A stretch of 64,000 nucleotides of DNA from assembly GCA_016234805.1 (NCBI GenBank), contig JACRNU010000028.1, positions 2,973 to 66,972 on the forward strand. The letters run 5' to 3'. The stretch's first letter is position 1, and the number at the start of each line of letters is the position of its first letter. Made by a program: the position numbers and the translations under genes. This stretch comes from Elusimicrobiota bacterium. Lineage in GTDB: Bacteria; Elusimicrobiota; Elusimicrobia; UBA1565; UBA9628. Under the pieces are notes generated by a model, which had not been told where the DNA came from, made no database searches, and saw nothing but the letters and a program-made list of their open reading frames with translations. Of this stretch, positions 26,776 to 33,697 are shown one piece after another.

Positions 26776-28238
26776 GAGGACGCCGCAGCCTCCCGGCCGC
26801 CCTTGCCTTGGGCGCGGCGATAGAACAGCCAGCCGGCGGCGAGCGGGGCGAAGACCCCGACCGCCATCTTGCCCTCGAACACCGCGGGGCTCGAGACGTC
26901 CGCGGTGGGCACGAACGCGAGCACGACCACCGCAACGATCGTGACCAGGCCCACGACGCCGGCCCCCCGGGCAGCCGGGCCCACGCCGGAGAGCCGGGCC
27001 AGGCCGAGGAAGAGATAGGCGAACGGCACCATCTGCAGCACCACCGAGGCCTTGAGCAGGACCTGGTAGGCCTCGGCCACGCTCGACCCGGTCAGGGAGA
27101 TCGCGGTGAACAGGGCCCCCAGGACCGCGCACACGCCCAGGGCGACATAGGGGGTGTGCCACTTCGGGTGCACGCGTCCGAGCGCGGCCGGCAGGGCGCT
27201 GTGGACCCCGGCCACGAACGGGATGCGCGCCGTGCCGGAGAACCACGCGGCCGACGACCCTCCGATCGCGAGCGCCATGACCACCGCGACCGGCGCGATG
27301 AGCCGTTGGAGCCCGGCGCTCTCGGCGCCCACGCTGAGCGCCTGCATGATGCCCTGGATGACGCCGATCTTCCCGATGGGCACGAGCGCGAGGATGGCCC
27401 AGGTCACGAGCACGTAGGAGGCGAGCGAGACCGCCCCTGCGGTCAGGATCGCGGGCTTGAGGTCCCGGCCAGGGTCCCGGATCTCGTCGCCCATGGTGCA
27501 GGCCAGCTCGATGCCGACGAAAGCGTTGCACATGACGCTGAAGCTGGTGATCATCTCATAACCGGCCGAGGCCACCATGGGCGGATGCTGGATGGCGCCG
27601 CGAGCCCAGGCCACGGCCGCGGCGACCAGGACCAGGCCCCCGCTCAAGGCGGCGCTGATCCCTCCGATGTTCTGGAGCCACTTGCCGACCCCGAGGCCGC
27701 GGATGTTGAGCGCGGCCATCAGGCCCAGCCACCCGAACGCGACCGCGGCCACGAACCATCTGGACTCCACGAGCCCCGCTGATTGCGCGCCTCCGGCGTA
27801 GGCGACGATCCCGGCCAGGTAGACCAGCATCACCGGGACGTAGAAAAGGTTGTTCACCCAGTAGCACCACCCGGCGAGGAACCCGTGCCCCTCGCCGAAC
27901 TCCCGGCGGGTCCACAGGTAGATGCCTCCCTCTCCCGGGTAGCGGCGGCTGAACTCGAGCACCGCCACCGCCTCAGGCACGAAGAAGACCAGGAACGCGA
28001 GCACCCACAGGACCAGGGAGATGCGGCCGTACACCGCGGTCGGCGGCACGCCGTTGATGTTGACGACCGCCACGATGCCGAGCAGGATGAGATCGAAGCG
28101 GCCCAGCACCCGGACCACGCCGGGCGCCCGGGCCCCGGCGCCCGGATACGGACGGTCGGGACCCGTCTCGGGACTCATGGACTCCGAAGGGCTCCGGGCA
28201 TGGCCGTCATTGTAGCCAAGAACCGCAAGGCCGCGCAT
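26772..28238 (-). CDS. APC-superfamily amino acid / polyamine permease
   Basis: It has about 12 TM segments and YPGEGGIYLWTRREFG, an APC signature. The start may instead be MSPETG at 28178. Confidence 0.85.
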   Translation of the reverse strand: MRGLAVLGYNDGHARSPSESMSPETGPDRPYPGAGARAPGVVRVLGRFDLILLGIVAVVNINGVPPTAVYGRISLVLWVLAFLVFFVPEAVAVLEFSRRYPGEGGIYLWTRREFGEGHGFLAGWCYWVNNLFYVPVMLVYLAGIVAYAGGAQSAGLVESRWFVAAVAFGWLGLMAALNIRGLGVGKWLQNIGGISAALSGGLVLVAAAVAWARGAIQHPPMVASAGYEMITSFSVMCNAFVGIELACTMGDEIRDPGRDLKPAILTAGAVSLASYVLVTWAILALVPIGKIGVIQGIMQALSVGAESAGLQRLIAPVAVVMALAIGGSSAAWFSGTARIPFVAGVHSALPAALGRVHPKWHTPYVALGVCAVLGALFTAISLTGSSVAEAYQVLLKASVVLQMVPFAYLFLGLARLSGVGPAARGAGVVGLVTIVAVVVLAFVPTADVSSPAVFEGKMAVGVFAPLAAGWLFYRRAQGKGGREAAASS

Positions 28239-28340
28239 GAGCCATAGGGCTCAGGCGGCGTTGGGTCCTTCTCCGCCAGAGCAGCTTGGAAATGGTAGCA
28301 TGCCGAGGATCTCCCGGGCTCCGCGGATCATGGGTGTGAA

Positions 28341-29354
28341 TTGAAGACGCTCCTCCTGGCGGCCGGCTTGTGCCTCGGCGCGGCCGGCGCCTGGGCGCAA
28401 GCCGCTTCCGAGCCCCATGGTTCCGCCGCCCCTTCGCGGGAGCGCCGGCTCTCCGGCAGCGCGGAGGCGACCGCGTGGTGCGCCTGGCTCATGCCGGCGA
28501 CCCCCGACGACGTGAAGAACGGCGTCTTCGCCTACTACAAGGTGAGGCCCGCCCTGATGACCGGGACCGCGGTCGCCGTGAACGTGAAGGGCTGGACCCA
28601 TCTCGCGTTCGAGTACCTGACCCATGTCCTGGAAAACGAGATCAGAGGCAAGATCGATCCCGGCAACAGCCACAGGATCCTCCTGGACTACGCGGTCCGC
28701 TACAGGCCGACCCTCATCCAGAGGCTCTTCGACACGCACTACCTCCTCACCCGCGTGGACGTGGGGAAGTTCGACGGCACCGCGGTCATGGTCTCGACCC
28801 GGGACAACGAGCGGTCCCAGGCCAGGGTGCGGACCTCCTTCTTCCTGGCCGACCTGCTCTGGCTGCGGAAGGATGACGACGACGCGTTCGGCATGGGGCT
28901 CAGGCTCACGGAGCACAAGCTTCCCTCCATCGTCTACGACGTGACCAACCGGCCCTTCAACCTCTACTCCAACCCCAGGCTCAGCGACACCCGGTACCGC
29001 ACGGCGTCCCTCGTCGCCTCCCTGCGCGACGCCGGCATGCTGGCCGTCCGGGAGAGGCCGTCCCAGTTCGAGCGCAAGGCCGGGTTCTACATCCATGAGA
29101 TCATGCTCGGCGTCGGCTATGCCGAGGCGTCCAACGAGCTGATGGGAAACGCCGCGGGGTTCAGCACCCTCATCGACTTGGACGGCGGGATCCGCCGGGA
29201 CTGGCGCCTGCCGCGCTCGGGACTCGTTTCAGCCTCCCTGGGCGCCAGATCGAACCTGCTCCACGCGCGCTGCTTCTCGGACGGCGGCAGGAAGGTCATC
29301 GACTCTCGGACCTGGCTGTTCGGCCCCTATGCCCGCCTCACCGTCGCCTTCTGA
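28341..29354 (+). CDS. Exported hypothetical protein, probable outer-membrane beta-barrel
   Basis: TTG start. The signal peptide is MKTLLLAAGLCLGAAGAWA|Q. It ends with aromatic ...YARLTVAF and has an alternating amphipathic pattern. Confidence 0.55.
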   Translation: MKTLLLAAGLCLGAAGAWAQAASEPHGSAAPSRERRLSGSAEATAWCAWLMPATPDDVKNGVFAYYKVRPALMTGTAVAVNVKGWTHLAFEYLTHVLENEIRGKIDPGNSHRILLDYAVRYRPTLIQRLFDTHYLLTRVDVGKFDGTAVMVSTRDNERSQARVRTSFFLADLLWLRKDDDDAFGMGLRLTEHKLPSIVYDVTNRPFNLYSNPRLSDTRYRTASLVASLRDAGMLAVRERPSQFERKAGFYIHEIMLGVGYAEASNELMGNAAGFSTLIDLDGGIRRDWRLPRSGLVSASLGARSNLLHARCFSDGGRKVIDSRTWLFGPYARLTVAF

Positions 29355-29384
29355 GCGCCTCAGCGCGAGGTTCAGAGGCCGGCC

Positions 29385-31601
29385 CTAGGCGGGCACGGCC
29401 GAGGCTTCAGGCGCGTACTGCTTGGCCGCTTCGCGGCCGTAAAGCACCCGCAGGGCGCCCTGGGCCAGGGCCGCCATCTCGTTCTCTCCAGGGTAGACCG
29501 TGATGCCGCAGCCGAGCCCGGAAAGATAAGACTTCAGCTTCTCCACCAGCATCTCGCTGCGGGCCATGCCGCCCGTGAGGATGACCCTGTCGAGCCTCTC
29601 GCCCTCGAAGGCGGGCAGGAGGCTGCACGCGTGCTTGGCGATCTGATAAGCCATGGCGTCGAAGACCTCGCCTGCCTCTGCATCGCCGGCCCGGACGCGG
29701 CGCTCGACCTCGCGCAGGTCCGAGGTGCCCAGCAAGTCCACGAGCCCGCCGCTCCCCTTGACGAGCTTGCGCATGGCGGCGTGGGTGTGCGTGCCCGAGC
29801 AGCAGAGGTCCACGAGCTGCCCCACGGGAAGGCTTCCGCAGCGCTCAGGGCTGAACGGGCCTTCGCCGTCGAGCCCGTTGTTGGCGTCGAGGTAGCGGCC
29901 CTTGCGGTGGCCGCCCATCGAGATGCCGCCTCCCAGGTGGCAGACGATGACATTGACCTTCTCGTAGAAAGTCTCGGACTCCCGGGCGTAGCGGTGGACC
30001 GAAGCGATCTGGTTCAAGGCGTGGCTCACCACGCGTCTGCGGATGGACTTGAGGCCCGTGATCTTGACGCGGGAGGGAGCCTCGTCCACGACCACGGGGT
30101 CCACGATGAAGGCCGGCTTTCCCGCTGGACAAGCCAGCTCGTGGGCGATGAGACCTCCCAGGTTGGAGGCGTGCTCGCCCCCGACCGCGGCGCGCAGGTC
30201 CGCGAGCACGGCCGGGCCCACCTCGTAGGTGCCGTGCGGGATGGGGCGCAGGAGTCCGCCCCGGCCCGCCACGGCGTCGAGGTCCGAAGGCTTCAGGCCC
30301 CGCCTGCCGAGCGCTGCCAGCACCGCGTCCCGGCGCATGCCGAACTGCTCGGCCACGCTCCGGCAGGCGAAAGCCGCGAGTTCCTCGGGCGAGTGGCGGA
30401 CTTCCTCGCTGAAGGACTCGGACTCCCCCTCGTAGACCGCGATCTTGGTCGAGGTCGAGCCGGGGTTGATCGCCAGGACCCTCAAGCGGCGGAAGAAGGT
30501 GTCGCGCGGAGTGCGCGTCCATCTGCCGTCCCTTTGCAGGCGCAGGACGCAGGCCTTCACGGCCAGGCACGCGTCCTCCGGGGTGCAGTCCATGGCCAGG
30601 TCCACGCCTCGGAACTTCAGGCCGAAGAGCACCGGGAACTTCTTGGCCTCAGGGTAGCGCGAGGAGTAGAGATGATAAAGGAGGTTGCCGGTCTCGAGGT
30701 TGGGGCAGATGATGACATTGGTGCCGCCCCGCAGGTCCCCCCCGTCACCGTAGAGCTCCGAGGAGCGCCGGGAGATGGCCGCGCTGATCTTGACCTCGCC
30801 TGCGATGCGGATGCTGCCGTAGCGCTCGGCCTTGGCAGCGCGCTCGGCCAGGGCCTTGTCCACGAAGGGCATGGCCTTGCGGATGTTCTCCGGCGAGGGC
30901 CCCGAATCCGAGCCCTTGTGGGAGTAGGACACGATGGCGCCGTGGATCTCGGGAAGGACCTCGGAGGGGATGAGGTCGCGGGCCACGGCGCAGGTGCCCA
31001 CCGCGACCTGGCCCAGGACCTCCGGGGTCATGACCGAGTTGACCCCCACGTCGCCGAAGACCACGATGTTGTGGGGGTAGAGCCCCTCGGGGTGCTCGTC
31101 GGGAAGCACGAAGACACCCACCTCGCAGGCCACGGGCTGGCTGGACAGCAGCCCGATCATGGGCCGGAAGAAATCCTTGGGGTGGTGCGCGGCCCCGCCG
31201 ACCACGATGTCCGCGTGCCCCTGGCGCACGGCGTAGATGCCGAACAGGCCCGGCTCCGCGACCGCCTTCCCGGCCTCCTCAAGGGTCCGGACCCCGGCCT
31301 GGCCGTCCTTGAGGCACTCCCCGGAGAACTCCTCCAGAAGGTCCTTGCGCCGGAGGATGTCGAGGAACACGCTCTGGGACAGGGCGTACTCGAGGCGGGC
31401 TGGATCCACATGCCCGAGATGACGGCTGGCCACGGCCCGGACATCGGCTTCAGCAGCGAGCAGGACCGGCTTGATGAACCGGGTTAGATGGCAGACGGCT
31501 TCGAGGATGCGGGGCTCCAGAGGTTCGGTGACCACCACCACCGGCCGGTCCCGCTGGATCGCCGCGAGCTGCGTATCGAAGGACTTCTCAATCTCGTACA
31601 T
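29385..31601 (-). CDS. Fused phosphate acyl(butyryl/acetyl)transferase - butyrate kinase
   Basis: 738 aa. The N-terminal ~355 aa are PTA/PTB-like (VVGGAAHH..., PNLETGNLLYH). The C-terminal part is butyrate kinase (VLAINPGSTSTKIAVYEG, HASNLGG, VCHLGGGISMG, ILTGGMA, PGENEMAALA). Confidence 0.85.
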   Translation of the reverse strand: MYEIEKSFDTQLAAIQRDRPVVVVTEPLEPRILEAVCHLTRFIKPVLLAAEADVRAVASRHLGHVDPARLEYALSQSVFLDILRRKDLLEEFSGECLKDGQAGVRTLEEAGKAVAEPGLFGIYAVRQGHADIVVGGAAHHPKDFFRPMIGLLSSQPVACEVGVFVLPDEHPEGLYPHNIVVFGDVGVNSVMTPEVLGQVAVGTCAVARDLIPSEVLPEIHGAIVSYSHKGSDSGPSPENIRKAMPFVDKALAERAAKAERYGSIRIAGEVKISAAISRRSSELYGDGGDLRGGTNVIICPNLETGNLLYHLYSSRYPEAKKFPVLFGLKFRGVDLAMDCTPEDACLAVKACVLRLQRDGRWTRTPRDTFFRRLRVLAINPGSTSTKIAVYEGESESFSEEVRHSPEELAAFACRSVAEQFGMRRDAVLAALGRRGLKPSDLDAVAGRGGLLRPIPHGTYEVGPAVLADLRAAVGGEHASNLGGLIAHELACPAGKPAFIVDPVVVDEAPSRVKITGLKSIRRRVVSHALNQIASVHRYARESETFYEKVNVIVCHLGGGISMGGHRKGRYLDANNGLDGEGPFSPERCGSLPVGQLVDLCCSGTHTHAAMRKLVKGSGGLVDLLGTSDLREVERRVRAGDAEAGEVFDAMAYQIAKHACSLLPAFEGERLDRVILTGGMARSEMLVEKLKSYLSGLGCGITVYPGENEMAALAQGALRVLYGREAAKQYAPEASAVPA

Positions 31602-31671
31602 GGGGAAATATTATATATTTTGGCTGTTGCGACGAACCTGCCGTTATCGAGCCGCCAAGAGGATAGAACCC

Positions 31672-32808
31672 ATGGATTTCGAGTTTCCGAACCAAGTAAA
31701 GATCGTCCAGCGCACTGCCCGGGATTTCGCCCGGCAGGTCGTGGCGCCTCTGGTGCCGGCCATGGAGGAGACGGGCAAGTTCCCGGGAAAGCTCCTCAGG
31801 CAGATGGCCGAGGTGGGGCTCCTGGGCCTGGTGACCCCCAAGAGATACGGCGGCTCCGAGCTCGGGTATCTCGCCCGAACCGTGGCCATCGCCGAGATCA
31901 GCAAGGTCTCGGCCGCGGTGGGCATGACGCTCCAGGTGCACCACATGGGCGCCACAGCCATCCTAGAGTGGGGGAGCCACGCGCAGAAAGACGAGCACCT
32001 CCCGAAGCTCTGCCGCGGAGACTTCTTCGGCACCTGCGCCGTGACCGAGCCCACGGGCGGCTCGGACCTGCTGGGCATGGCCACCACCGCTCGTCCCGAG
32101 CGCGGAGGCTGGGTCTTGAACGGCAGCAAATGTTTCATCACGAACGCCCACCTCGCCGGAGCCCAGGTGGTCATCGCCAAGACGGGCGAGGGCTCCCGGG
32201 GCTTGAGCGCCTTCCTCGTGAAGAAGGGGACGAAAGGCTTCTCCCCGGGCAGGAACGAGCACAAGGTCGGCCTGCGGGGCGCGGACACGGGCGAGCTCTT
32301 CTTCAAGAACTGCCGCGTGGGCCCGGAGAGCCTGCTTGGGGACGAGGGCGAGGGCATGAAGGCCGCCTTGAAGACCATCTCCGAGACGGGACGGCCCGGC
32401 ATGGCTGCGGTGGCCCTGGGCATCCTGGAAGCCGCGTACGACGAGGCCGTGAAGTTCTCCAAGGGCCGGACGCTCTACGGCAAGCCCATCGCCAACCTCC
32501 AGGCCATCCAGTGGCACGTGGCAGACATCATGGTGGACCTCGAGACCGCGCGCCTGCTGTGCTGGCGCGCGTCTTGGCTCAAGGACCGCGGCCGGCTGGA
32601 CTGCGCGACCCACATGACCATGGCCAAGGTCTACGCCACCGAGGCCGCGGTGCGCGCCAGCCAGAAGGCCCTCGAGATCCACGGCGGCTGCGGCACCATG
32701 ATGGAATACCCGGTCCAGCGCCTCTGGAGGGACGCCATGGTGTGCGTCTCAGCCGGCGGCACCACGGAGATAGGAAAGATCATCCTGAGCAGAGCGGCCC
32801 TCAATTGA
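31672..32808 (+). CDS. Acyl-CoA dehydrogenase
   Basis: The start is reset to MDFEFPNQVKIVQRTARDFA. It has CAVTEPTGGSD, EIHGGCG and a C-terminal catalytic region (AGGTTEI). Confidence 0.9.
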   Translation: MDFEFPNQVKIVQRTARDFARQVVAPLVPAMEETGKFPGKLLRQMAEVGLLGLVTPKRYGGSELGYLARTVAIAEISKVSAAVGMTLQVHHMGATAILEWGSHAQKDEHLPKLCRGDFFGTCAVTEPTGGSDLLGMATTARPERGGWVLNGSKCFITNAHLAGAQVVIAKTGEGSRGLSAFLVKKGTKGFSPGRNEHKVGLRGADTGELFFKNCRVGPESLLGDEGEGMKAALKTISETGRPGMAAVALGILEAAYDEAVKFSKGRTLYGKPIANLQAIQWHVADIMVDLETARLLCWRASWLKDRGRLDCATHMTMAKVYATEAAVRASQKALEIHGGCGTMMEYPVQRLWRDAMVCVSAGGTTEIGKIILSRAALN

Positions 32809-32857
32809 CAGCCGGACTTCCTGGCGGCCAGGGCCGCCGTCCCGAAAGGCGCGGGCC

Positions 32858-33697
32858 GTGCTTCCGATCGCCGGTCGGGGCTGGCGCTGCATCGTATGCG
32901 TCAAGCCCGTTCCCGACCCTTCGCTCTTCAGCAAGCTGCGGCTCGACCCTGAGACCATGCTGCTCCGGCGCGACGAGGTCCCCTCGGTCATCAACCCCCT
33001 CGACCGCAACGCCATCGAGGCCGCCCTCGACATCAAGCGCAGGCTCGGCGGCAGGGTCGCGGTCATGACCATGGCGCCTCCGAACGCTCAAGAACAGCTC
33101 CTCGAAGCCCTGGCCCTGGGCTGCGACCGCGCCTTCCTCCTCACGGACAAGGCTTTCGCCGGCGCCGACACCCTGGCCACGGCCAGGACCCTGGCGGCCG
33201 GGATCCGCAAGGCCGGACGCTTCGACCTCGTGCTCTGCGGCGCCTGGTCCGCGGACGGCAGCACCGCGCAAGTCGGGCCCCAGCTCGCCGAGCTCCTCAA
33301 TGTCCCGGACCTCGTGTGCGTCACGAGCATGGACCTGCGCTCCGGCCGCATCCTCGCCCAGTGCAGGCGCGAGAACGGCACGGTCCTCCTCGATTCCCCT
33401 CGCCCGGCTGTCGTGACACTCGAAGCCGGAGCCAATGCCCCGAAACTGCCTGCCATGGGAGGCATCGGAAAGGCCCTGAAATCCAAGGTCACGATGTGGA
33501 ACTCCCGGGACCTCGGGCTCAAGCCCTCCCAGGTCGGCCTGGCAGGCTCGCCCACCAGGATGCTCAATGTCTTTGCCGCCTCCGGCGCCCGGAAAGGCGA
33601 GATCCTCCAGGGCACCACCAACGAGGTCACGGCCCAGCTCCTGGAAAGGCTCCGCCACGATGGCTTGGTCACGACAGGCAAGGGAGTATCCCGATGA
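32858..33697 (+). CDS. etfB: Electron transfer flavoprotein beta subunit
   Basis: GTG start. The sequence reads CVKPVPD...INPLDRNAIEAAL...LLTDKAFAGADTLATA...DLVLCG..SADGSTAQVGPQLAELL. Confidence 0.9.
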   Translation: MLPIAGRGWRCIVCVKPVPDPSLFSKLRLDPETMLLRRDEVPSVINPLDRNAIEAALDIKRRLGGRVAVMTMAPPNAQEQLLEALALGCDRAFLLTDKAFAGADTLATARTLAAGIRKAGRFDLVLCGAWSADGSTAQVGPQLAELLNVPDLVCVTSMDLRSGRILAQCRRENGTVLLDSPRPAVVTLEAGANAPKLPAMGGIGKALKSKVTMWNSRDLGLKPSQVGLAGSPTRMLNVFAASGARKGEILQGTTNEVTAQLLERLRHDGLVTTGKGVSR

